This document shows positions 1 to 11,000 of a stretch of DNA of 64,000 nt, in pieces. The notes under the pieces were generated by a model that saw only the letters and a program-made list of their open reading frames with translations, was not told where the DNA came from and ran no database searches. This DNA is from Nitrosopumilus sp. (GTDB lineage: Archaea > Thermoproteota > Nitrososphaeria > Nitrososphaerales > Nitrosopumilaceae): NCBI GenBank assembly GCA_963667665.2, contig OY763927.2, forward strand, positions 160,001 to 224,000. Reading direction: 5' to 3'. The position numbers and the translations under genes were made by a program. Position 1 is the first letter of the stretch. Every line of letters starts with the position of its first letter.

Positions 1-634
1 CTGCATATTCTTCTGATTCTGCAATCAATGTGTAATCATTAATCCCACTAGTCTGGATTTTATCAGGTATTGCTATTACAAAAAATACATTATCTTCTAT
101 TCTTAGGTAATCTGGTTCTGGGTGAACTCTAGATACTGCTGCAACATTTCCTTCTTTGTCATAAAGTGTAGCAATTACTGCCACAGTATTAGCTGTAATG
201 TCACCCTTATTGGTAACAGTTCCAGTTATCATCAAATTATTGTAATTATCTCTAGATAACTCTGATTCAATAATGTCTATGACCTGATTTTTTGGAGGGC
301 TAATCTTGTAATCTAGCTTCAATGAATATGATTTAGTTTTTTTTGCTTCATCATTTGTTAAAACAAGATCAAATGGGCCTTTCATTCCTGGCATGATTAC
401 ATTTACTAAGGAATTTGTTTCCATTGTTTCAATAATGAAATTATTTTCATCAAGTAAAGTTACATGAACATTAATTTGATTTAATGGAAATTCTAAATTG
501 TTTTTAATTTCACCAACAATGTGTAGTGCACCATCATCGCCAATGTATTGTTGATCATTTTGGATAAACACCTCACCAAATGCTAAAGGTGTGATTCCAG
601 CAAAAATAATCAGAATTATGAAAATCTTTTCCAC
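1..634 (-). CDS. Secreted FxLYD-like domain protein, runs off the left edge (partial)
   Basis: Manual translation from GTG at 634: MEKIFIILIIFAGITPLAFGEVFIQNDQQYIGDDGALHIVGEIKN...; signal peptide plus HIVGE(I/V)xN motif; not in the ORF track. Confidence 0.65.
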   Translation of the reverse strand, partial: MEKIFIILIIFAGITPLAFGEVFIQNDQQYIGDDGALHIVGEIKNNLEFPLNQINVHVTLLDENNFIIETMETNSLVNVIMPGMKGPFDLVLTNDEAKKTKSYSLKLDYKISPPKNQVIDIIESELSRDNYNNLMITGTVTNKGDITANTVAVIATLYDKEGNVAAVSRVHPEPDYLRIEDNVFFVIAIPDKIQTSGINDYTLIAESEEYA

Positions 635-682
635 AATTCATTCATGTTATATTCTTTAAAGAAGTTTTTGTTAAATGTATGT

Positions 683-1372
683 TCAAGGCAAATGCTCAGT
701 CTTCCATTCTTCTGCCTCATTGATACAATTGAACCAATCAACTTCTAATTTATCTGAATCAAATTCTCCTAATTCATTTTTGAATTCTTTATCACATTGA
801 GTTTTCATATTATCTGATACTTGAATGACTTTTTGTGTTAATCCTACTGGCGGTGCTTCAAACTTTTCTGGTTCTTCATAATTTTTTACACCTGTTTTAG
901 CTGAATAGAATTCAACTAGTCCTAACATTTCATATTCTAAAGCTTCTTGAATTTGTGTATCTGATCTTACTTTTGCAGATTCATCTCCTGTTTTAATCCA
1001 TTCAATGAATTCTGTATCACTTTTTAACTGTGATTCTGAGGAGATCTTTAACAATTCAACTGAACTCTTGAAGAGTTCTGGTGGTGCTAATTCATCATAT
1101 CTTGAAATTGTTTCTTTAAATTTGATTAAATGTTTATCATAGAAATCAAATAATCCTTCTTTTGAAATATCTCCTTCTTCCCATCTATTTTTCTCAGAAT
1201 AGAATTTTATTTGTAATTGATTTACATCCTCTTGAATTTGGTCTAACTCAATTCCAAACTGTAGTCCTTTTTGTTTGGTTTGCTCTACTGAATAATTGTA
1301 TCCTATAATTGATCCAATAATGAGAATGACAATAATTACAATTGTGATGTTTTGAATTTTCTTTTTTTTCAA
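683..1372 (-). CDS. Hypothetical protein with N-terminal membrane anchor
   Basis: 229 aa ORF; basic N-terminus followed by a hydrophobic helix. Confidence 0.75.
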   Translation of the reverse strand: MKKKKIQNITIVIIVILIIGSIIGYNYSVEQTKQKGLQFGIELDQIQEDVNQLQIKFYSEKNRWEEGDISKEGLFDFYDKHLIKFKETISRYDELAPPELFKSSVELLKISSESQLKSDTEFIEWIKTGDESAKVRSDTQIQEALEYEMLGLVEFYSAKTGVKNYEEPEKFEAPPVGLTQKVIQVSDNMKTQCDKEFKNELGEFDSDKLEVDWFNCINEAEEWKTEHLP

Positions 1373-1659
1373 AGATAATCTATATAATTTCCATTTTCGT
1401 CTAATTTTAATTCAATTGTGAATTCAGTACTGCTGATAAATGAATCATTACGAGTTGTTCTAACTCTTGCTATGACTAGCTCATATGGCCAAATCTCAAC
1501 TACTATTGCACCCACTTTTGCAGTTGGTGTTTCAGTAATTTCCATATCTTCACGCTTTACTCCGTGTTTTTCTAACATGTGAATAGTATGGTCTAATAGT
1601 GGTTGAGGATTATTGTTATTTAGTACCCAAACTGTCCCTTCATAATCTATTTTTTGCAA
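1369..1659 (-). CDS. Hypothetical protein
   Basis: 96 aa ORF overlapping the next gene by 4 nt. Confidence 0.7.
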   Translation of the reverse strand: MQKIDYEGTVWVLNNNNPQPLLDHTIHMLEKHGVKREDMEITETPTAKVGAIVVEIWPYELVIARVRTTRNDSFISSTEFTIELKLDENGNYIDYL

Positions 1660-1691
1660 TTTGAAATAATCCTAATTAACTCATATAACAA

Positions 1692-1925
1692 TTATTCGGG
1701 AACAATCACATTTAATGTCATTGTGCTTACAACTCTAGAGAGTTTTCTAATTGTTGCAATTACTTTTGCAAATTCTTCTGGGTCTTCTGTTTGAATCTCT
1801 GCAATTACATCATATGCCCCAAAAGTAAGATATGCATTACTGATTTTATCCATCTGTTTTAATTCATCAACAATATATTCTTCAGCTCCAAGATCACAAT
1901 TTAATAAAATGAATCCTTTGTGCAT
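1692..1925 (-). CDS. Lrp/AsnC ligand-binding domain protein
   Basis: 77 aa; FILLNC...TFGAYDVIAEI...STMTL pattern of stand-alone AsnC domains. Confidence 0.85.
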   Translation of the reverse strand: MHKGFILLNCDLGAEEYIVDELKQMDKISNAYLTFGAYDVIAEIQTEDPEEFAKVIATIRKLSRVVSTMTLNVIVPE

Positions 1926-1977
1926 TACTTTATCTTCAATTAATTTACCAAGTTCAAGTCTTTAAGTTTTACAATAA

Positions 1978-3297
1978 TTACCATCTACTGCGACCGCCGT
2001 AGCTATTTTTACCGCCTCTGTCGCTGTATCTTTTTCTACCGCCGCCTCTATCATCTCTTGAATCGCCACCACTACGTGATCTTCCATATCCTCCAGAGCG
2101 TCCTCCTCTAGAGTAGTTTGATCTTGATTGTCCTCCATATCTTCTTGATGGCATTTGTCTTTTTAGAGGATCTGGAATTGAAATTTGTATTCCCATTTTT
2201 TGATTCAAATCTTCTAGTGGAACTTTGATTTGACGTTTGATAAGATTCCAATCTCCAACAGATGAATATGACACAAATGTAATTGCTTTACCTTTTGCAC
2301 CTGCTCTAGCTGTTCTTCCAATTCTATGAAAGTATACTAATTCTTGATTTGGAACATCATAATTGATTACTAGTTCTACTGTTGGAACATCTATGCCTCT
2401 TGAGGCTACATCTGTTGCAACAAGAATGTCAGCTTTTCCACTTCGGAATTTTCCCATTGTTTGTTCTCTTCTGTGTTGCGACATGTCTCCTTCAATTGCT
2501 ACTGCGTTGTATTTTTCCTGATGAAGGAATTTTGCAACATCTCTTGTTCTGTATTTTGTTGAACAAAATACAATACATTGACGTTTGATTGGTTTGATGA
2601 AATCAATTAGATACTTGAATTTGTCTCGGTCTTTAATTACTAAATATGATTGATCTATTCCATCTCCACTAAGATCATCTGCACTTAACAGAAACTGTTT
2701 TGGATTATTTAGATATTCTTCAGAGAGTCTTAGAATCTCAGTTGGCATTGTTGCTGAATACAACGACATTACTCTGTCTTCTGGTGCTAAATCTAAAATA
2801 AATTGAATATCATCAATGAATCCCATATCTAACATTGTATCTGCTTCATCTAGAACAATATGGGTAATGTCTCTTAGTTCTATAGATCCTCTTTTGAGAT
2901 GATCTATTAGTCTACCTGGTGTTGCTACAACAATTTCTATTCCTCTATCAAGAGCATCTAACTGGATTCCCATTCCCTGTCCTCCATAAACTGTTACAAC
3001 TCTGATTTTGGTATATTTTCCAAATTTCTTTATTTCCTCTGTAATCTGGATTGCCAACTCTCTTGTAGGTGCCATGATCAACCCTTGAATTCCATTTCTT
3101 GGTTGGATTTTTTGTAACATTGCTAATGCAAAAGCTGCAGTCTTTCCAGAACCTGTATGGGCTTGTCCCACAACATCTCTTCCTGTAAGTAATACTGGAA
3201 TTACTGCTTCTTGGATTGGAAATGCTTCCTCATATCCAAGATCATTAATTCCTTTCAGTATGTCGTCGTTTAATCCTAATTCTTGAAATTTTGTCAT
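1978..3297 (-). CDS. DEAD-box RNA helicase
   Basis: GSGKT, PTRELA, TPGR, DEAD, SAT, HRIGRTAR motifs; RGG-rich tail. Confidence 0.97.
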   Translation of the reverse strand: MTKFQELGLNDDILKGINDLGYEEAFPIQEAVIPVLLTGRDVVGQAHTGSGKTAAFALAMLQKIQPRNGIQGLIMAPTRELAIQITEEIKKFGKYTKIRVVTVYGGQGMGIQLDALDRGIEIVVATPGRLIDHLKRGSIELRDITHIVLDEADTMLDMGFIDDIQFILDLAPEDRVMSLYSATMPTEILRLSEEYLNNPKQFLLSADDLSGDGIDQSYLVIKDRDKFKYLIDFIKPIKRQCIVFCSTKYRTRDVAKFLHQEKYNAVAIEGDMSQHRREQTMGKFRSGKADILVATDVASRGIDVPTVELVINYDVPNQELVYFHRIGRTARAGAKGKAITFVSYSSVGDWNLIKRQIKVPLEDLNQKMGIQISIPDPLKRQMPSRRYGGQSRSNYSRGGRSGGYGRSRSGGDSRDDRGGGRKRYSDRGGKNSYGGRSRW

Positions 3298-3395
3298 TTT
3301 TGTTTTCTTCTCTTAAGCAACAACGAAAAAGCTCATTGCTTACTCGTCGTTATTCCGATATTTGCGAGTCTCGATTAAGGTCTAATAAACGCTTG

Positions 3396-4214
3396 TTATT
3401 TTTGCACATCTAATTGAGCATCAATAACTTTTTTGAAACTATCAAATGGTTGGGCTCCCTTTAACTCCACATATCCTAGTTGATCATTTCCTATAAAAAA
3501 TCCAGGTGTTCCTGAAACTCCATAGTCCCTTCCATCATTAAGATCTTTTTTGATTTCTTCAATATACTTTCCATTGATAAGACATGAATCAAATGTTTCT
3601 TGATCTAATTGGATTTCTGTAGCATACTGACTAAACATAGATAACGCATCAGCAGTTTCTTGTTTACTCCATTGATTTTGATTGTAAAACAACATGTCGT
3701 GCATTTCTTTGGCTTTACCTTGTTCATTTGCACACTCTGATGCAACAGATGCTGGTACAGCATTTGGATGAATACTTTGAATTGGGAAATCTCTAACTAC
3801 TAGTTTGACTTTTCCTTGTTCTATGTATTCCTCAAGAATTAATGGAAGTGTTTGAGTGTGGAATCTTGCACAAAATGGGCATTGAAAATCTGTAAATTCA
3901 ATTATTGTAATTGGTGCATCTGGGTTTCCAATAACTACATCATCATCTGCTGAAATTTTCATTGGGAGTTCTGGTTGGCTTGTAGGTAATTGATTTTGTA
4001 ATACCTTGAGTTCTAATTTGGCAATTGCATCTTGCAGCTCTTCTTCAGAAATTTGATTAGAATTAAGATTTGATGTATACGAACCTGCAAAAAATGCAGC
4101 AACTCCTACTGATATGATTAATACTATGATTAACCCACGAAATGTTGATTTTTTTACAGATATTTCTCCATTATTTTGATTCAATTCGTCTGAACTCATT
4201 TGAATTTGTTCCAA
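3396..4214 (-). CDS. Membrane-anchored DsbA-family thioredoxin-fold protein
   Basis: DFQCPFC active site, GTP cis-Pro motif, N-terminal TM helix. Confidence 0.92.
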   Translation of the reverse strand: MEQIQMSSDELNQNNGEISVKKSTFRGLIIVLIISVGVAAFFAGSYTSNLNSNQISEEELQDAIAKLELKVLQNQLPTSQPELPMKISADDDVVIGNPDAPITIIEFTDFQCPFCARFHTQTLPLILEEYIEQGKVKLVVRDFPIQSIHPNAVPASVASECANEQGKAKEMHDMLFYNQNQWSKQETADALSMFSQYATEIQLDQETFDSCLINGKYIEEIKKDLNDGRDYGVSGTPGFFIGNDQLGYVELKGAQPFDSFKKVIDAQLDVQK

Positions 4215-4277
4215 ATTCTAGCATACTTATTCGTATTGCCAAATTATCTAATGATGCTCATTTTTGAGAAATTTAAA

Positions 4278-4352
4278 AGCCAATGACGGGATCCGAACCC
4301 ACGACCTGCTGATTACAAATCAGCTGCTCTAACCAGGCTGAGCTACATTGGC
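4278..4352 (-). tRNA. tRNA-Thr(TGT)
   Basis: Reverse complement GCCAATGTAGCTCAGCCTGGTTAGAGCA-GCTGA-TTTGTAA-TCAGC-AGGTCGTGGGTTCGGATCCCGTCATTGGCT folds as a cloverleaf. Confidence 0.93.
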
Positions 4353-4463
4353 ACAAAGTAAAATGAAATTTTTCAGGTTTAAAATGTTACCAAGATAATC
4401 TAAAAGACATTCACTTGTTCTATTATGTTTGAATTAACCGTCAGTTTATAATAATCCACAATT

Positions 4464-4709
4464 TTGATACCTTTGATGAGAATAAGATACATCGAGCCAA
4501 ATAGGTTAAAGGTTTTGATGATGATGTTTCTTGGAACAGGCATAATAGGTTTGATTATGGGGCTACGATTTGCTCCTCCCTCAATGACTATGATTCTTAC
4601 TTTCATGGGAGTAGTAAATATTGGATTGTGCGCATTTTTCGCATTTACCTATTTGACACAGACACGAAGTGAACCTGATAAAAGAAAGAAAAAGAAAAAA
4701 CACGATTAG
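4464..4709 (+). CDS. Small two-TM membrane protein
   Basis: Two hydrophobic segments and a Lys-rich tail; start uncertain. Confidence 0.7.
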   Translation: MIPLMRIRYIEPNRLKVLMMMFLGTGIIGLIMGLRFAPPSMTMILTFMGVVNIGLCAFFAFTYLTQTRSEPDKRKKKKKHD

Positions 4710-4867
4710 AATATTTACTTTAAAATACCTTTTACAAGAATTGTTATTTCCTTTTTGTTGAAAACATGTTTGAACAGGTTATGATATTATGAACTTTTTA
4801 AATCAATTATGAAAAATATTTCTCTACATTAAAGTATAAATAATAATGCTCTTTCAACAATTCAGAA

Positions 4868-5419
4868 ATGCTAGATTTAATGGCCAAGAAATTGTTTCTT
4901 ACAAAAGGTAAGGGTATTCATGAAGACAGATTAACAAGTTTTGAATTTGCTTTAAGAGATGCAGGAATTGCTGGAACAAATATCGTGTTGATTTCTAGTA
5001 TCTTTCCACCAAACGCAAAATTAGTTTCTAGAAAAGAGGGTCTAAAACAAATTAAGCCAGGCCAGATTCTATTCACAATTTATTCAAAGAACCAAACCAA
5101 TGAACCACATAGAATGTGTGCTGCATCAGTAGGTATCGCACAACCAAAAGATAAGGGCAGATATGGTTATCTCTCTGAATACGAGTCTTTTGGTCAAAAT
5201 GAAATACAAGCAGGTGACTATGCTGAAGATATTGCAGCACAAATGCTTGCATCATCCTTGGGAATTCCATTTGATGTTGACAAAGCTTGGAATGAAAAAA
5301 GACAACAATGGTCAATTTCAGGTGAAATCTATAAAACTCAAAACATTACTCAATCAACTAAAGGTGATAATGATGGAAAATGGACTACTGTCTTTGCCGC
5401 AGCTGTACTCTTACTGTAA
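4868..5419 (+). CDS. pdaD: Pyruvoyl-dependent arginine decarboxylase
   Basis: SFEFALRDAGI..NIVLISSIFPP (SS self-cleavage site), GYLSEY, C-terminal AAAV. Confidence 0.9.
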   Translation: MLDLMAKKLFLTKGKGIHEDRLTSFEFALRDAGIAGTNIVLISSIFPPNAKLVSRKEGLKQIKPGQILFTIYSKNQTNEPHRMCAASVGIAQPKDKGRYGYLSEYESFGQNEIQAGDYAEDIAAQMLASSLGIPFDVDKAWNEKRQQWSISGEIYKTQNITQSTKGDNDGKWTTVFAAAVLLL

Positions 5420-6568
5420 TTATTTTTTATATCCTTTAAGATAAAATAATGCAGCAACAATTGCAACTATGGTAATTATAATTACTACAACAATTGATTC
5501 ATCAAATTCCACTTTTTCAACTTGAAGTTGAGTTCCTCCAAGTGAAAATTTTAATTCTTCTTTGTTTACTGTTGTTTTTTCACCAAAAATGTATTTTCCT
5601 TGAATTCTTTGCCCTTCTTCAGGATCAAAAATCCATCCTTCTTTTGTAATGTCTGTAGGAATCTTTTCATTATCAATTATTTGTGTTGGAACAATATTTC
5701 CATTGATATTTGAAACATTTGTGTTTTCAAATGATAGAACTACAACCTGAATTAAAGAATTTAGAGGATAAAATCCTGCTGAAAAATAATCTGATCTCTT
5801 TAGATTTTCAACTTTGAGAAATTCTAGTGGACTAATCTCAGAAATTGTTGGGGCTATATTTGGATAGTCAACTGATAATTTTAACTGCAAAAGCGATTTT
5901 GAATCTAATGGGATTAAAGAAAATGTAATCTTTGAGTTTTCATCATTTGATAAATCCTTTGCAACACTGTAGAATCCTCCTCCATCTCTAATTATTTTGG
6001 CAACAAGTATTGCTGAAATCTTTTCATACATTGAATTAGTGTCTTCCATAGGCATTGTGTATACTGCTGAAACCATACCTCTACCTGAGACAACTCCTGA
6101 TGTTTCAAGTGCCACATTTGATTCATCATTAGTATGAACGTAAACTGAATGGAATTTGGCATCTGTATCAAATGCTTGGTTAATTCCATCAATGTATAAT
6201 TCTGCAATCTCTTTTGTTGCATCTTGAATAGCAATGATACCTTTATCTTCAGGATTTCTTTGTACATTTATCATAATACATGATTGGTCTACCACTCCTA
6301 GGATACACTTTTCTTGGTTAGTCAAAATTATGGCCTTTACTCTCTTGTCTTCTCTAATTTCTTGTTCTAATTCTGCAGGAATTTTGATTTCCTGAATGCT
6401 AGTACTTTGTAATGTGATTGATGCTGTGACATTTTGAGTTATGCTTTTGTCTATGATTACTTGAGCAATTTCCTGAAAAGTTGCATTTTTCACCTCTTGT
6501 GAATAGGCATAATTTGTTGAAATTCCAACTAACACAATTAATGCTATAAAAAATATCTTTTTTTGCAT
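5420..6568 (-). CDS. Hypothetical surface protein (signal peptide plus C-terminal TM)
   Basis: 382 aa ORF with hydrophobic termini. Confidence 0.75.
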   Translation of the reverse strand: MQKKIFFIALIVLVGISTNYAYSQEVKNATFQEIAQVIIDKSITQNVTASITLQSTSIQEIKIPAELEQEIREDKRVKAIILTNQEKCILGVVDQSCIMINVQRNPEDKGIIAIQDATKEIAELYIDGINQAFDTDAKFHSVYVHTNDESNVALETSGVVSGRGMVSAVYTMPMEDTNSMYEKISAILVAKIIRDGGGFYSVAKDLSNDENSKITFSLIPLDSKSLLQLKLSVDYPNIAPTISEISPLEFLKVENLKRSDYFSAGFYPLNSLIQVVVLSFENTNVSNINGNIVPTQIIDNEKIPTDITKEGWIFDPEEGQRIQGKYIFGEKTTVNKEELKFSLGGTQLQVEKVEFDESIVVVIIITIVAIVAALFYLKGYKK

Positions 6569-6752
6569 AGGTTGCTACTCTAAAAATGAAATTATTAAAT
6601 TTATTCTTCTTTCATAAATTTTGAAACACTGATTTGATAAACTTTTTTTGTTTTTTTACAAAAATACATTATCACCTAGCTAATATTGCCACATATGAAA
6701 ATCTTCTTTGCAGGGGGCTTTTGTTGGCCTTTAGTAATGGAGTATTGATTAT

Positions 6753-7205
6753 ATGACAACATACTACGAGGTGCTACGCCCCGTGACACCTGCCGATCTC
6801 GATACGCGTCCAAGGTTTGTCGAGGTATTGAAGCTGATCCCATCGCAGGGACATGTGACCTCTGAACTGTTCAGACATCTTGGAGAAAGCCGTGCAAGCA
6901 AGGGCATAACGCATGCATACTCACGCGGAATCCTCAAGAGAATCTCGCCGCACGATCAAATATTGGGACTGAATTCCGTAAAATTCTGGCGCACCCAGCT
7001 CAACGAGTCGGGCCACAAAAACAGCATATCCAAAAACGGCACCAAGTCTTTGTATCTGCAGGGCCTCTCAAAGTTCGATGCGGTCTGCCAGCCATTTGAT
7101 GCCACTCCCATTTCTGCCTTTGCCACATCCACACAAAACCTGCAAACCATCCAAGATCTGTGCAAATCCTGTCATCTAGGCGGTGTTTGGGTCCGTTTAC
7201 TGTGA
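6753..7205 (+). pseudogene. Truncated ORF at the island left edge, possibly an integrase N-terminal fragment
   Basis: GC rises abruptly; 'SVKFWRTQL...TKSLYLQGLSKF' resembles the core-binding region of archaeal tyrosine recombinases; no catalytic domain. Confidence 0.35.
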
Positions 7206-7359
7206 TTTTTTGGCAGATTCGCTGACACTTTTTATTTGACATCTGATGCTGCATATTTTAAAAGAACTGCCAAATGTTTCAATGGTCTGTGCGACAGTGA
7301 CAGTCTTTAGAATGCCTGCATATGGCCGTACCATATTTTAGTTAATCTTGAGTTGACTG

Positions 7360-7847
7360 TTAACTGTAGTGCAAATACCTGACAGTCTGGTGTAAAGTGT
7401 TGTAATTACAACTTATATTGGTAATTAAGACTGTAGGATCCTGAAAGTAGTATACCAATTTACCTGACATTGTATTCCTCACCTGTTTGCCTGTCTGTGA
7501 TATCTTCCACTGCCAGTAGCATCTTGCGGGAGAATGCTTACGCAGGAATCTCCTGATTCTCCCAGTCAAGAGAACGGTGCGCCTGATCATGGTTGTACCA
7601 ATCTATGAATCGATATATGATATTCATCCTTGGCAATGCGTGAAACGGCCTGGCCCATCCTGAGCGGATAGGTGATGCTGCACGTACGGTTTACGTATCG
7701 AAACCACAGCTTCTTGACCCGGATCACAGGCACGTTTATGGATTTTGCGATCTGCGCGTCAGTCATGCCGCCTTTTCTCTTCTTCCTGACTATCCAGTTT
7801 ATTTGATTCGTCCAGCTTTTCATGACGCAGATACGGTGCTGTCCCAC
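7360..7847 (-). pseudogene. Degraded IS481-like transposase N-terminal (HTH) remnant
   Basis: WIVRKKRKGGMTDAQIAKSINVPVIRVKKLWFRY HTH segment; frame broken downstream. Confidence 0.5.
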
Positions 7848-8070
7848 ATGCCTTTACCGTTCTGCACGATGCTGCCATCTTCATTTTTACTCTGCGCCCA
7901 AGTCAGCCATGGTACGTTCCTCCCACAGTATACGGGGTGCGGTATACTACTTTTCGGACTATAATCAATAGACATAAATATTTTATAATAAAAAACAGGT
8001 CATTGATTTCTAGTCATAATTATAACGTCATTTTGCAATCGGATCGTCTAATGTCATCTTTTGGAGACAC

Positions 8071-8088
8071 GGGGGGGGGGGGGGGTGA
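8071..8088 (+). promoter_or_regulatory. G15 homopolymer ending in an SD-like GGGGTGA, 6 nt before the giant ORF start
   Basis: 15 consecutive G at 8071-8085, TGA at 8086-8088, TTG at 8095. Confidence 0.5.
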
Positions 8089-8094
8089 CAGCAC

Positions 8095-11000
8095 TTGAAC
8101 CGTCATTTATACCCCCAGATTCGCACCATACACGTGCTGTCAGTCATTGTAGTGTTTGCCATATCTGCAGGCATTCTCCTGGCTGCACAGTCAGGATGCA
8201 TCGGTGCGACTCTGGCCGGAACAGACGGCAGCTACAACACGCCTGATACAGGGCTGTCTGAGCACGCCCCTGTGCAGGCAGTAACGGCATGGGAGGGGAT
8301 GTCAAACCTGAGTGTTGCCTGCCAAATTGCAGACACGTTTGCAGATATGTTGTTTACAGGCGTGCTGGATGTTGCCTATGCGGTGCATGCAGTATTGAGT
8401 TTGACTGCCGTTGATAATATCACAGATGATGACATCAGCCTGGTGCTTAACGGCGCATCCGACATCACCACATTCAAGTTGGGCAACCACACATACGCCG
8501 CAGTTGCAGCATATGCTAATTTAGGCGTTCAGATACTAAATGTCACCGACCCATCCAACATCACCGCAGCCGGCAGCATCATAGATATGGGCGAGGAGAC
8601 CGCCGATCTGGAGCTTCGTGGTGCACGAGGCATTACCACATTCGAGTCAGGTGGCCACACATACGCCGCAGTTGCAGCATATTCTTCTGACGGCGTCCAG
8701 ATCCTCAATATTACAAACCCCTCCATCATCACCGCCGCAGGCAACACCGCAGATATCGGCACCAACACCGACGATCTGGAGCTTAACGGTGCACGAGGCA
8801 TCGCCACATTCGTATCAGGCGGCCACACATACGCCGCAGTCGCAGCACATCTTGATGACGGCGTCCAGATCCTCAACATCACCGACCCCTTACACATCAC
8901 CGCAGCCGGCAACATCACAGATACCGACACCCTAGAGCTTGAGGGTGCATCCGGCATCGCCACATTCGAGTCAGGCGGCCACACATACGTAGCAGTCGCA
9001 GCATATCTTGATAACGGCGTCCAGATACTGGATGTCACCGACCCCTTACACATTATCCCCGCAGGTAACATTACAAAGATCGGCAGCAACACCGACGATC
9101 TGGAGCTTAACGGTGCATACGGCATCACCACATTCGTATCAGGCGGCCACACATACGCCGCAGTCGCAGCATTTCTTGATGACGGCGTCCAGATCCTCAA
9201 CATCACCGACCCCTTACACATTACCCCCGCAGGCAGCATAGATACAAGCACCCTGAAGCTTAATGGTGCACAAGACATCACCACGTTCACGTCGGGCGAC
9301 CACACATACGTAGCAGTCGCAGCAAATCGTGATAACGGCGTCCAGATACTGGATGTCACCGACCCCTTACACATCGTCCCCGCAGGCAACATCGCAGATA
9401 TCGGCAACAACAACGACGATCTGGAGCTTAATCGTGCACAAGGCATCACCACGTTCGAGTCAGGCGGTCACATATACGCCGCAGTTGCAGCATTTGAGGA
9501 TGACGGCGTCCAGATCATAAGAATCGATATACCACCTGACACCACGTCCCCGGCAGATGCGTTTGTGACCACGTGGAGGACGACTTCTGCAGACGAGTCG
9601 ATAACCCTCCCGCTAGTAGGAACCGACATCACCATTAATTGGGGCGACGGCAGCACCACCGCCGGCGTCTCGACACCCGTTGACCACACCTACAATACTG
9701 CCGGCGACTATACCGTCCAGATAACCGGCGGCCTGACATGGTTTCACCTGAACAATGCCGCCGACGCGTCCAAACTGGTCTCACTGGATCAGTGGGGTAC
9801 CGCCTCATGGGCCTCGATGGAGAACGCCTTTAGCGGCGCCTCCAACATGGTGTACAACGCAGGTGATGCGCCCGATCTCTCAGGCGTGACTGACATGTCC
9901 AACATGTTCGATAGCGCCGCCGCCTTTGACGGCGACCTCTCATCCTGGGACGTCTCGTCTGTCACCGACATGAACAGCATGTTCTCAGGCGCCTCCGTCT
10001 TCAACCAGCCCCTCAACGACTGGGTTGTCTCCTCTGTCACCGACATGTCTGGCATGTTCTACGAAGCCTCCGACTTCAACCAGCCCCTCAACGACTGGAA
10101 CGTCTCCTCTGTCACCGACATGTCCAACATGTTCCGGAGCGCCTCCGACTTCAACCAGCCCCTCAACGACTGGAACGTCTCCTCTGTCACCGACATGTCT
10201 GGCATGTTCTTCCGCGCCTCCTCCTTCAACCAGCTCCTCAACGACTGGAACGTCTCCTCTGTCACCGACATGCACAACATGTTCGCCGTCGCCCGCTCCT
10301 TCAACCAGCCCCTCAACGACTGGGATGTCTCGTCTGTCGCCTCCATGTCCAACATGTTCCACATCGCCTCCGACTTCAACCAGCCCCTCAACAGCTGGAA
10401 CGTCTCGCGCGTGACCAACATGGATGACATGTTCAATTTCGCCACCGCGTTCTCGCAGAACCTCGGGAACTGGTATGTCGTGGCAAACGCCACCTCGATT
10501 GCAAGGGCGGACGTGCCGAGGGTGGTGGCAGAGATCTCCGCGCAGAACGATCACCTCAATGGCCACAAACCGACGTACGGTATCAGCAGGGACAGCGATT
10601 ATGCCTTCTTTGAGATCGTGAACGGCAACAAGATAAACATGACTTCAGTTGGGACAAAGTCCTCCTATAGGGTTAATGTGACTGCCTCGGGTTCAAACGT
10701 CTTTGAGGACGGTAACAATTGGCGCCTGCTGGAGATTAAAGTTACAGATCAAACAACTGATACCACACCACCTGTTATAAAACTTGAAGGTTCCAGTCTT
10801 GTAACGATCACGGTAGACGAGACTTATACGGAACAGGGTGCAGTTTGTGACGACGATGTAGACGCTGACAAGCCAGCCACAGTGGGCGGTGATACTGTCG
10901 ATACCAGCACGGTTGGACAATACACAGTAACATACGACTGTACGGATTCATCAAACAATGAGGCGACACAGGTGTCAAGAACTGTGAATGTACAGTCAGC

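Noticed and set aside
8061-8246. Poly-G frameshift fusing the upstream ORF to the giant gene
   Set aside because: A TGA (8086-8088) in the giant ORF frame directly follows the tract
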